Source: Octopus sinensis (taxonomy: Eukaryota). From it: a DNA stretch of 64,000 nucleotides. How positions within the stretch are numbered: position 1 is the stretch's first letter; every line of letters starts with the position of its first letter. Made by a program: the position numbers and the translations under genes. Location of the stretch: contig NC_043000.1 of NCBI RefSeq assembly GCF_006345805.1, positions 142,476,001 through 142,540,000 of the forward strand, given 5' to 3'. The notes under the pieces were generated by a model. The model saw only the letters and a program-made list of their open reading frames with translations. It did not search any database and had not been told where the DNA came from. Positions 1-11,805 of this stretch are shown here, piece by piece.

Positions 1-164
1 TATTTGTACTCAGAGTGCACAGCAACAGAAGAAATGCAACAAGACATTCTAACTGATGTAATTCATCGCCTAAAGTATGAAATTACATGTTTAATATATT
101 CAATTACAATTAGCTCTAAGAGTCAAGCTGTCAATAAGATGTATTATTTAAAATTCTGTAACTA

Positions 165-742
165 TTGGGTTGTCCGGAAAGTTCGTGCCGATTTATAGTA
201 GCTTACATTTCGAATTATTTTTTCGAATTATTATTTTAGAACATGGTTGAGTCCATAAAATAGGATTTGACTACACCTCCATTTAGAGCACAGTTTAAGC
301 TATCTTTTCGTTGAAGAAGCTTTATGTTCCTATAACCTGTGTTAATTCTGTAACCCTTTAAAATGAAAGATATGAAAGTTCATTTTCGGCACTTGATGCT
401 TTGGGAACCAGACAAAAAATGCTGCAACTCGACCGGGATGTGTTACCCCACCTCCATATTCACCAGATATTGCTCTTCGGATTTTCACTTAGTCAGGTCT
501 CTGCAGAATAGTCTTAATGGTAAAAATTTCAATTCCTTGGACGATGTAGAAAGATACCATGATGAATTCTTTGCCATGAAACCACCTCAATTCTGGGAAG
601 AGAGTATTTTCAAGCTAAAGAAAGATGGAGAGGCATTGTGCAACAAAATGGTTCATATTAGGTTGTTTAAAAATGAAATGGCAAGTATTTATTGATTTTT
701 TCTTTCCTTTAAAATTCAACACGAACTTTCAGGACAACCCAA
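165..742 (+). mobile_element. Internally deleted mariner (Tc1/mariner) element
   Basis: TIRs TTGGGTTGTCCGGAAAGTTCGTG (165-187) and CACGAACTTTCAGGACAACCCAA (720-742) have 1 mismatch and are each flanked by TA. ORF 363-695 joins a mariner-like N-terminus (MKDMKVHFRHLMLWE) to the C-terminus (SDFHLVRSLQNSLNGKNFNSLDDVE..FF..KP..FWE); the catalytic middle is missing. Confidence 0.9.
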
Positions 743-856
743 TATATTGTAATCTTATTTCTAACATAAAATGCAGCTTCCGACATTTCGCATTATTTAT
801 AGTTTAGTCTATATATCATCAATTAAAATTTTCACTCAACGTTTAAAACTTGTTAC

Positions 857-1280
857 GGTCGTGCACGTGTATGCGTGGTAAGAAGTTTGCTTGCCTACCC
901 CATGGTACTGGGTTGATTTCTTCTGCCTTGCACCTTGGGCAAATCACTTCTATTATAGCTGCGGGTCGACCAAGGCCTTGTGAACTGATTGGGAAGACGA
1001 AAACTGAAAGAAGCCTGTTGTATATACATCTGTGTGTCTGTGTATGTTTTTGTGTGTGTGTGTGTGTTTGTCTGTATTTGTCTTGTCTCTATCATCGCTC
1101 GACAGCTAGTGTTGGTGTGTTTACTTCCCCGTACCTGAGCGGTTCAGCACAAGAGACTGATAGAATAAGAACTAAGCTTCAAGAGAGTCAGTCCTGGGGT
1201 CGATTTGTTCGATTAAAACCCTTCAAGACGGTGTTCTAGCATAGTGACGGTCAAATCGTGGAAACAAGAGAATAAAATAA
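857..1280 (+). mobile_element. SINE family A, diverged copy
   Basis: Head GCGTGGTAAGAAGTTTGC, then CACCTTGGGCAAATCACTTCTATTATAGC, internal (TG)n and a tail TTCTAGCATAGTGACGGTCAAATCGTGGAAACAAG homologous to the younger copies at 9862 and 22480. Confidence 0.85.
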
Positions 1281-1409
1281 TAAAACAACACACACACACG
1301 CACACACATACACACACACATGCCTACACACGCACGCACACCCACGCACATACACATACACACACATATTTATGGCTGCAGTCTTCAGACTGAAACTAAA
1401 ACAGTTAAA

Positions 1410-1499
<90 letters not shown>
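1410..1499. repeat. (GATA)n microsatellite
   Basis: Direct reading. Confidence 0.95.
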
Positions 1500-1623
1500 C
1501 AATGCAATACTTTCATATACACATATAAACTATGCCAAACACAAACAGATCTGCATATATCTCCATAGACAATAGAATTCCAGGTATATATATACACACA
1601 CACACCTTCATCTCATATATGAG

Positions 1624-1958
<335 letters not shown>

Positions 1959-2400
1959 GATGTAGATATAGTTGTATAGAAATAGTTAAGGATACACACA
2001 TCCTGACATACAAACCTTATAAGAATTTTATTCTGCCTTTTGTGCATAAAGGAGAAATATATTTCTTGTGTTTTATAATTACAAATTGTGGACATTAGGA
2101 TTGAAATCATATATGTATTTGCGCATATGCTTACATATATATATAGATGTATGTGTATGTGCACGCCCATGCATGTATGCTTTTGTGTGCATACATATAT
2201 TCATATACATACACACATATATATATATGTATACACACACATCTGCATATACATTTATGCACATGTATGTATATATGTGTATGTGCTTGTGTCTCAGAGT
2301 GTTTGAAGCTCTCAAAACAATGTAACGCTTAGCTTGTTAGAGGCAAATATTTTTATCTTCCCAGTAACCATTCGCTCATGTATTGCTGAATGTCGCTATA

Positions 2401-2401
<1 letters not shown>

Positions 2402-2454
<53 letters not shown>

Positions 2455-2463
2455 CACACACAC
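2402..2463. repeat. (CA)n microsatellite
   Basis: Direct reading. Confidence 0.95.
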
Positions 2464-3120
2464 TTATATATACATGCATTTGGTAAAAATTAACTTCCTT
2501 AATATTTATGAATATAAATGGATGATGTTGCTTTATGAGATCTGTTTCAGAAAACTAATGCTCATCTTGTATTCTATAGAACCTCTTTTGAAGCCGATCC
2601 ATCGCACAGATTAAATATTTTTACTAACTGTTCTGAAAAAGAACAATTTTTCTACTTGTAACTGGAGTGGACAATCACGATATGTATATGTTTCCAATGC
2701 TGTTAACTGCCTCTGTTTTCTGTTTTCATACTTTCTAAGGCAAGGTCATGTAACTTGAAAAAGTCCCAATGTTCTTTTGGAAGAATGTATTCTTTTCAAT
2801 TTTTAATTATTTCAATTTTTAATACTTTTCCACTTTTTATGCTCAATATCAACGACATGTCTTCATTAGTGTGTAATTAGACACTTGTTATTTAGGAAAA
2901 TTGATCTCTGCAGTTTTGAAATATAATTTTCATACTAGAAATAATATAGCAAGGAAATATGTTTATACCAATCATTCCTGATTTATAAATTGATTATATA
3001 TCCTTCTATGATACATCAAAGAGTTGATTGGTAAACTCTTTAAATAATTGGGTTAAAATTCATTGCAGTATTTAGATAATGTCTCTGCGAAATGTCTCTG
3101 TGAAAATACATGACTGAATT

Positions 3121-3235
3121 TATGTATGTATGTATGAATGTATGTATGTATGTATGTATGTATGTATGTATGTATGTATGTATGTATGTGTATGCATGTA
3201 TGTATGTATGTCCGTGTGTATGTATGCAAGTATGT
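3121..3235. repeat. (TATG)n microsatellite
   Basis: Direct reading. Confidence 0.9.
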
Positions 3236-4110
3236 AAGATTTACGTATATATATGTATATATATATGCATGTACGCATGCACGACATACACAGATACCCA
3301 CGTGCATGTAAATATTCTGCGTATGTCTGAGAAACTTTAATGAGTCGCTTTAACGATTAACTTGTGTATATAGCCTTCTGGATGTGTTTGTTAAGTAGTT
3401 CTTAGCTCGGAGAAAATGAAGTTGAATGGTGGAATAACAACAGATGTTACTACAATTACGCCAATGGCGCCACCATTCAGTTACCCAAAGAAACAATAAA
3501 TGATTTCTATTTCTGTTAACTAATAACTGAGAACATTACATTACAAATTGCATGCCTCAGTGAGAAAGCTGTGACTTAGTAAATTGTAGTTTAGTAAGTA
3601 AGCTGACACTAAGTTTACTCAAGCGAGAAATACTTAACGATTAAACATGAACTGATTTACACCTCAAGGAATCATTTCATCATCTACGTAATTAATTAAT
3701 TACATCTACGTCAGACAGGTTTTCTTTATTTTTAAAATTACTGCCAAGTTTTCTGAGAGTGTTGGTGTTACTTTTGTGTGTTACTAATTTCTATAACTCC
3801 CTACAGATTCAGTGTGGGTTCGGTTTTTCAATGCTTCGAATCGTTTTTGATACATTGCCGGTAATTTATTTTGATTAATGAACAGAATTGCTAACAGTAT
3901 TTTGTAGGAAAGTGAGTATACACACACACATATCTACATATAATTAGAGAAATTGATAGATAGATGTGTTTGTACATATATACGTATAGATAGCGTAAAC
4001 AGAGATTCCTTATATATGTATATACATACGAACATATAACTTTGAGCGTTTATATGTGTGTATGTGTATGAATGTATATTTTACTCTTGTTATATTCTAC
4101 TAAACAGCGG

Positions 4111-4139
4111 AAGAGAGAGAGAGAGAGAGGAAGAGAGAA

Positions 4140-4190
<51 letters not shown>
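4111..4190. repeat. (GA)n / (GAAA) purine microsatellite
   Basis: Direct reading. Confidence 0.9.
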
Positions 4191-4717
4191 AATATTATTA
4201 CATTGTAAAATTGGAATTAACGAATGTTTATTAATTTGTTGCAATATTTATCAAGAGTAAACAGAATATAGTTAATGGTATGTACGAATGAAACTTACCG
4301 GTTGACGCTTAAAAGATTTTAAAATACCTCGAATTGTTCGCAACTAATCCAAACATTAGTTATATACAATAAACATTTAATTGCAGTAAGCTAGTTCCAT
4401 GAGAATTCAATGAGTGTCAAAACATTCTCTTTCTGCTATTTATAAAAATCTAGTCGTAAACCGGTTAATTCAATTAATGCTAAAATACTTAAATTACCCA
4501 TCAAATTTGGAGTTTGAGAACAAGAGTATAAACTTGTAATATCTGAAACTAAAAGAATTAAGTATATCACATTAAAAGCGAATTCCAAACAAATTATATA
4601 TATATATTTATCATAGAAATATCATTATTTCTGATTCCCTCTAAAGGTACTGTATATACTGTATATTAATAGTTATCTGCCAAGCGAACATGGCAGTCCA
4701 AAAAAATAGGACGAATT

Positions 4718-5015
4718 CTGCCGTTGATTAGCTCCAAGAGGCCATTGCATCTAGCTAGCTATGTAGCACACAAAACTGTGTCCATTCTAACCTTCGAACA
4801 GGAGAGGTCAGCAGCTTCACCATGCTAGTCTGGCATCCACAGTCTAGTTTCAAGGTGGTTGCCTCTTATCAATGTGGAGTAGCCGAACACAGCAGGCGTC
4901 GCTGCTGACCGACTGTTCGAAGGATTATTTACCTAAATTCAGTGGAATATATCCACTGGTTTTCAAAAATAGAAATATCGTTATTTCTAGGCCTCTTGGA
5001 GCTAATCACCGGCAG
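4718..5015. mobile_element. MITE-like element with 26-bp inverted repeats
   Basis: CTGCCGTTGATTAGCTCCAAGAGGCC (4718-4743) vs GGCCTCTTGGAGCTAATCACCGGCAG (4990-5015), 1 mismatch. The interior is non-coding and no TSD was identified. Confidence 0.5.
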
Positions 5016-5281
5016 CCATTTTGTCTGATAGTTAGTAAGGAGAGACACACAAATCAGAGAGAAGAAAGCAAAGGACCACTGATGAGGTCACAAAAGTGTG
5101 CCGAAACAACTCTGGCCGAAATAAGATTAAGATTAATGTAAAAAATAAATAACGCTGAAGCAAATTAACACCAAATATATAGTGCGTGTGATTTTATTGG
5201 CTAAACTCGCAAAATGACCATTCCTAACTACAACAACATCTGTTTCAACCCACGATTTCACATCAAGAATCTTCCACAACA

Positions 5282-5432
5282 ATTCCGCCGAGATTGACTT
5301 TGCCTTTCATCCTTTCGGGGTCGATAAATAAAGTACCAGTTTCGCACTGGGGTTGATGTAATCGACTTAATCCCTTTGTCTGTCCTTGTTGTCCCCTCTG
5401 TGTTTAGCCCCTTGAGGGTAATAAAGAAACAT
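5282..5432 (+). mobile_element. SINE family B, 3' half
   Basis: AATTCCGCCGAGATTGACTTTGCCTTTCATCCTTTCGGGGTCGATAAATAAAGTACCAG...TTTAGCCCCTTGAGGGTAATAAAGAAA matches the copy at 54006. Confidence 0.9.
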
Positions 5433-5514
5433 ATATATATATGTGTGTAGAGAGAGAGAGATAGGGAGATAAATAGATTGATAGATAGATAGATGGATAT
5501 ATATATGTATATAT

Positions 5515-5570
<56 letters not shown>

Positions 5571-5580
5571 TATATATATA

Positions 5581-5660
<80 letters not shown>
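5432..5660. repeat. Compound (TA)n/(GA)n/(GATA)n microsatellite
   Basis: Direct reading. Confidence 0.9.
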
Positions 5661-5682
5661 TTAGAAGGAAAGATATGTATAC

Positions 5683-5758
5683 CAAGGCGGCGAACGGGCA
5701 CGGACGTTAGCACCCCGGGTGAAATGTTTAGCGCTCTTTCGTCTGTTTTACGAGTGGA
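5683..5758 (+). mobile_element. SINE family B, 5' head only
   Basis: AAGGCGGCGAACGGGCACGGACGTTAGCACCCCGGGTGAAATGTTTAGCGC is homologous to 54006-54070 and is cut off by a family D copy. Confidence 0.75.
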
Positions 5759-5766
5759 GGCCCAAT

Positions 5767-6057
5767 GGCCCAATGGCCTAGTGGCTCTGGCAGCGGACTC
5801 GCGTTGTAGGATCGCAGTTTCGATTCCCAGACCGGGCGTTATGAGTGTTTATTGAGCGAAAACACCTAAAGCTCCACGACGCTGTGGCGATCCCTGCTGT
5901 ACTTTTTCGCCACAAATTTCTCTCACTCTTTCTTCTGTTGGTCTGCTCGCTTAGCCAGCGGGGTGGCGTGATTTGAAGGCTAGACAATGCGAAGCGCATT
6001 GTGACCAGCGATATGTAGCAACATTTGATTACCTAGTAAGTCACGGTGATCACGGTA
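5767..6057 (+). mobile_element. SINE family D (tRNA-like head, CACGTGAT-type tail)
   Basis: Head GGCCTAGTGG..GCAGCGGACTCGCG..GTTTCGATTCCC has A/B-box-like motifs and matches 21330-21438(-). The 3' part matches 59613-59741(-). Confidence 0.8.
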
Positions 6058-6090
6058 ATATATATATATATATATATATAAATATACATA

Positions 6091-6464
6091 GGCGCAGGAG
6101 TGGCCGTGTGGTAAGTACTTTGCTAACCAGCCACAATGTTCCGGGTTCAGTCCCACTGCGTGGCATCTTGGCCAACTGTCTTCTGCTATAGCCCCGGGCC
6201 GACCAATACCTTGTTAGTGGATTTGGTAGAGGGAAACTGAAAGAAGCCTGTCGTATATATATATATGTATGTGTGTTTGTGTGTCTGAGTTTGTCCCCCT
6301 AGCATGCTTGACAACCGATGCTGGTGTGTTTACGTCCCCGTCACTTAGCGGTTCGGCAAAAAAGAGACCGATAGAATAAGTACTGGGCTTACACTAAAGG
6401 CGGTGCTCCAGCATGGCCGCAGTCAAATGACTGAAACAGGTATAAGAGTAAAAGAGTAAAGAGT
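6091..6464 (+). mobile_element. SINE family A, full length
   Basis: GGCGCAGGAGTGGCCGTGTGGTAAG (A-box-like) and GGTTCAGTCCC (B-box-like), internal (TA)(TG) run, tail GGCGGTGCTCCAGCATGGCCGCAGTCAAATGACTGAAAC plus (AAGAGTA)n. Confidence 0.95.
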
Positions 6465-6519
6465 ACATATAATTAAAATCACAATAAATATATATAGTGT
6501 AATTTCCATTTTTTTCTTA

Positions 6520-6967
6520 TGGCTTAAGGCTGTATCATGTGCGGGGACATAGAAGTAATCGGACTGAATACCCGATCGCGCTGTTAAACCATTGAAAGTG
6601 AAGGACCCTCGCCTTTGTTATGGCATCCTTCTAGGAGAAGGTAACTCAAGTAACTGGGATAACTCCGACATAAAACCTGCGGCTCAGTGGTTACCGATGA
6701 TGTCGACTTGTTCTTCTTTTCGGATTATGGCTCCTGTTGCTTAGTGAGTGGGATTGATTCAGGGCACAGCCTTTCCTCACTTTAAAAAAATCTTCTTGCA
6801 CAGGCATTGCAATATAACATTGTTCATGATTGTTGATGGTGCTGTGAGTCTCAACTGAATGGCTGGCTGTAGCCTTAAAAAGCAAATAAAATTCACATTC
6901 GATCACAGCACCAATAACAGTTGAGCTTCGTGCAATGGCCATACTCGTTAATGAGGAGTCGGCCATC
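6520..6967 (+). mobile_element. Non-autonomous RTE-derived element (putative 5'UTR-like body plus RTE 3' end)
   Basis: 6893-6965 is homologous to the RTE 3' end at 15117-15193(-), including the last codons (HIRSQHQ*) and the 3'UTR. The GGCATCCTTCTAGGAGAAGGTAACTC motif resembles RTE 5'UTRs (recall). Confidence 0.65.
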
Positions 6968-7162
6968 ATATATATATATATAATACATGTATATATGAAC
7001 ACGTATATATATATACATATATATATATACACATGTGTATATACATACATATATACATTAATATATATACATGCATATATATATATAAAGATATATGTAT
7101 ATATATATATCGTGTATACATGTACATATATATGTATATATACATGTATATATACATACACA

Positions 7163-7245
<83 letters not shown>
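6967..7245. repeat. Compound (TA)n/(CA)n microsatellite
   Basis: Direct reading. Confidence 0.9.
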
Positions 7246-7246
<1 letters not shown>

Positions 7247-8495
7247 TATGAATATATCCGCACAACTCGAAGTAAGGGTGAATAAAATCAAAATAAGCAA
7301 CAGGATATCAAGAAGTGATGTAGTACGACCGTTTCAAGCGGCTCCATTTATTTAAGCAATGCAATCAGTACATCAGTGTAAATGTAGAGCTACCGTCCGC
7401 TGCACAAATAAATAGAATTTTAACACGTTGGACACGTTAATATAATTTTTCGCAAATACTTTAACAGAGCAAGATGATAGAAGAAATTCATGTCATCGCT
7501 ATTGTAGCTAAAAATAGACTTCACTTCCAAGAATGGCATGAAGCCCACTGGGGTCATAGCGTGTAAAGGATTGTGGTTCATTTCTAATTTACTTGTCTTT
7601 TTATCAACTGCTAAATCTAAGAAGACTGTGTCTGTTTATAATGAAAGGCAAGAGTGGATTGACAGCTTATAGGTAGGTATGGTCATAAATATTGTCATAT
7701 GCATTCCTTTTCTTTGGGGAGGGTAGAAGACATTAGGAGTAGTAAATTGGATATCGAGTAACTGTCCATAAAAGGAGGCTAGATATGGGCAGACTCTAAA
7801 TCATGATGTTAATTATCAGTTAAAGGGGCAAGACGCTAATAAAACCTAGTATATTAATATAAAGGAAATTTTATCTTGGGGAACTATGGGTGATTGTTTA
7901 TAAACAATATAGTTATGTTGTATAAAGATAAAATTTAAGATTATCGAAAATGATATCATAACGAAAACAGGTAAAATGTGTGTATATATCAATTATCAAT
8001 ATTAAAAAGGAAAGATTACATAGAATAACTTTAATATTCAATCATGTACTTAATGAATTACTTATTAGGTGATTTCTATAAACACTGCCCTGGGCACTGA
8101 CTTATGGAATACTGGAAAGATAAACATGATATCTATATATTAATTATAAGCCAAGAATCAGAAAAAATAAAGATGTGTACAGATCCAGATACATGTTTAT
8201 ATATGTGCACACATGTGAACATACACATAGACAAATATTTATACGTTTATGTGAGTATATTATAATAATCTGGTATAGACTTAAGTAACTGAAAAGTATC
8301 TATTTACGAGTAAGAAGAATAACAATTTATAAGGGATAAAGAGGTTTATAGGTTATGCACATATATGCATATATACACATATAAAAATATTTATACGTTT
8401 CCATGGATATAACCATCTAGCATAGGCCTAAGTATCTGAAAAATCTCTATTTAAGAACAGTAACAACTTATAAGGGAAAAGAAGTTAATATTTAA

Positions 8496-8900
8496 TTTTT
8501 TTTTTTTTTTTTTTTTTATCTAGTTTCAGCTCACAAGCTGTGGCCATGCTGGGACACCACCATTTGGTGTTGCTACATCATTTTACTTCACGAATGTTTT
8601 TTAGCAATTGCCATTTGGTGCATGAGAGAGTTCGATGCAGCTGCCCTCATCTGCACCTCCTGCCATGAAGTTGGTTCATCTGGGATACCTGACAAGAAGA
8701 GATCCAGTTTTATTTTAAAGACATCTGCATCCACCCAGTGCAGGTCTCTTAGGTTCTCCGGGAGGATATTGAAGAGCTGTGGGCCTCGGAAGCCCAGGCT
8801 ATCACAGTATCTTGTCCTACATCTTGATAGCAAATTTGGAGTCCTTGGCACTATGCAGTGGCGCCCAGTTCTGGCATTTGTGAATAGGCAAGATAACAAA
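8496..8900 (-). mobile_element. CR1-group LINE, 3' fragment with poly(A) tail
   Basis: ORF 8588-8899(-) reads RTRYCDSLGFRGPQLFNILPENLRDL...FKIKLDLFLSGIPDEP, a typical CR1/L2-group ORF2 C-terminus. A short 3'UTR and poly(A) follow (T run 8496-8517). Confidence 0.85.
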
Positions 8901-9861
8901 AGATAACAAAAATAACAAAATAATAAGAATTTATAGAAAGTAGTAAGAAATACATATAACCTACATCTAAAGAGACAGAGTATTACAATTTTGGATAGGG
9001 AAGAAATAAAGGTAACCCCTAAAAGAGGAGGTAGTAGGTATGGGTGTAGTGAGGGGATTTTAGGGGTACTCAGACCGAAGAGATTTTGTAAGTTGTAGTG
9101 TTACAGGTGCTATAATATATGTGATTTTATAGTTTCTAGGGGTATATAATTAGGAGACTTACATAAAAGCCATTACAAATATACATATGGTCAGTAATGT
9201 ATAACATCATAGAAAGGAAAAAATAGTTTAATCATCAAAGTATGCTGAAGTCAGAGTAAGGGGCGGGAGTTATCATGGAATAGCAATTACATATAGCACA
9301 CCACGTACCACAACATATAGCTTATAACATATGCAATGTAATTTAATTCACTATACAACATAATATTCCATGATTTTATTATATTTAATACTAAAGTGTA
9401 AGTTTACAACGGATACGACACCAAAATTAAGTTCCACCATCAAAGTTCAAGTATGGCACCTATAATCACTAATCTCGAAAATACTTAAATGTACAGGTGA
9501 AGCTATGCACGCATGATACCTTAGGTCTAATCTATCATTGATCAGGTTGTTCTTGTGTCCCTATACTTAAAAATCTAATAGGTTTCCATAGAGAACAGTT
9601 CACAGCCGTATCGACTATATCTATAAGGCTGCGCTTTCTGTGTTATATCCCACTGAAGACTAAATTCGATCCCACTTTTCTTGAGTTCCAAAATCTTGCT
9701 AGATGTAGAATTCGAGAGTGTGTCTTATGGGATAATATTCTATTATATCAATGGGAAGCATGGAAGTATTTTTCAGAAATTGCCATAAATTTCTTATATA
9801 TGTTTGTGGATATGGTACAGTTGAAGGGAACGTTAATATATATACATATAATATATATGTA

Positions 9862-10032
9862 GGCGCAGGAGTGGCTGTGTGGTAAGTAGCTTGTTTACCA
9901 AGCACATGGTTCCGGGTTCAGTCCCACTGTGTGGCACCTTGGGCAAGTGTCTTCTACTATAGCCTCGGGCCGTCCAAAGCCTTGTGAGTGGATTTGGTAG
10001 ATGGAAACTGAAAGAAGCCCGTCGTATATATG

Positions 10033-10087
<55 letters not shown>

Positions 10088-10305
10088 TGTGTGTGTTTGT
10101 GTGTCTGTGTTTGTCCCCCTAGCATTGCTTGACAACCGATGCTGGTGTGTTTATGTCCCCGTCACTTAGCGGTTCGGCAAAAAGAGACCGATAGAATAAG
10201 TACTGGGCTTACAAAAGAATTAGTCCCGGGGTCGAGTTGCTCGATTAAAGGCGGTGCTCCAGCATGGCCGCAGTTAAATGACTGAAACAAGTAAAAGAGT
10301 AAAGA
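9862..10305 (+). mobile_element. SINE family A, full length
   Basis: Head, internal (TA)n(TG)n and tail all intact and near-identical to 22480, 30399 and 48858. Confidence 0.95.
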
Positions 10306-10314
10306 GAGAGAGAG

Positions 10315-10363
<49 letters not shown>

Positions 10364-10374
10364 ATATATATACA

Positions 10375-10412
<38 letters not shown>

Positions 10413-10747
10413 AAGGGAACGTTCCTACATATATAAAAATATATGGGGAGAGAAACAAAAACTGAAAATATTCAGACTAACATTCATGTAGATGCATATA
10501 CATATTCGTCTATTTGGAAAAGGATATGTAACCAGTAGTTAATGTAAATAAACTACCGTAAAACCTTTCTTTGTCGTCAGGGTGGAGAAATTGTCTTCCA
10601 TGAAATCATCTGAGTACTACTACGTTCTTTATTTACTGAATGTCTCTTGATCTCACATGTTGACTATATATATATATATATACATATATAGATTTGTGTG
10701 TGTATTTGCTTGTTTATGTATATATATATTATTTTGTTCTTAAATTT

Positions 10748-10976
10748 TCTTTTTACTTCTTGAGTCATTTGACTGCGGCCATGGATGAGCACCGAATAAT
10801 TCGATGCTAGGGCTTACTCTTTCTAAGCATAGTACATATTCTATCGGTCTTTTTTGCCGAAACGCTAAGTTATGGATAACATGAACACACCAGCATCGGT
10901 TGTCAAGCGATGGTAGGGTAGGGTGAGGAAAACACAGACACACATGAAAACACATGCTCACACACACACACACACA

Positions 10977-11031
<55 letters not shown>

Positions 11032-11242
11032 GTGAGAATATATAAAAAAGAAAAGACAAAGACGGGTGTGTAGACAACAGGCTCGGCTCCTTTCAGTTTC
11101 CGTCCACCAAATCCATTCACAAGATTTTGGTCTGCCCGAGGTTATAGTAGAAGACACTTGCCCAAGGTGCCACACAGTGAGACTGACCCTCGAACCATGT
11201 GATTGGGAAGTAAGCTTCTTACCATACAGCCATGCCTGCGTC
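10748..11242 (-). mobile_element. SINE family A, with expanded interior
   Basis: Reverse-complement tail at 10748-10800 and head at 11085-11242. The internal microsatellite carries an extra ~55-bp segment (AAAAGACAAAGACGGGTGTGTAGACAAC) related to 20215-20250. Confidence 0.9.
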
Positions 11243-11264
11243 TCTGCACAGGCACGCGTTTATG

Positions 11265-11270
11265 TGTGTG

Positions 11271-11357
<87 letters not shown>

Positions 11358-11358
11358 G

Positions 11359-11386
<28 letters not shown>
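11265..11386. repeat. (TA)n microsatellite
   Basis: Direct reading. Confidence 0.9.
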
Positions 11387-11389
<3 letters not shown>

Positions 11390-11772
11390 ATCACTTACTA
11401 TTTTATAATACTAAGATGCAACTATTTATTACGTAAATGCTTTATGAAATGAGACTTTCAGTGTAGGCAAAATAGAAATATCATACAGAAAGCATACTAC
11501 TTAATCGTTTCGTCATAAAACCAATGTGTATAAATATAGTTATATACATTAATTCATTTTGTCATATAATACATAATTATATAACACATAGCTATGTAAT
11601 ATACAGTGATATAATGGTTTCAAACACGCATAAGAGGATACAATTCATATTAATAACAGTTTTTCGTCATACCTATACACGAAAAGATACGGAAATTCAT
11701 GTAATATACTTAAGTGATCAATCTTTGATAATTACAAAAAACTGATATACATATATTCATATAAGATTGTGT

Positions 11773-11805
<33 letters not shown>

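Noticed and set aside
5555-5575. Recurrent single-base phase shifts in the middle of dinucleotide runs (TATAATATA, CACAACACA, GTGGTGTG) at many loci
   Set aside because: Most simply explained as long-read consensus indel errors or slippage; this cannot be treated as biological without raw reads.
8200-8490. Imperfect ~140-bp tandem duplication upstream of the CR1 tail
   Set aside because: It is real but low-complexity and highly diverged, with no sign of function.
9862-9935. tRNA-like sequence with A and B boxes
   Set aside because: It is the head of a multi-copy SINE, and no acceptor stem or cloverleaf closes.
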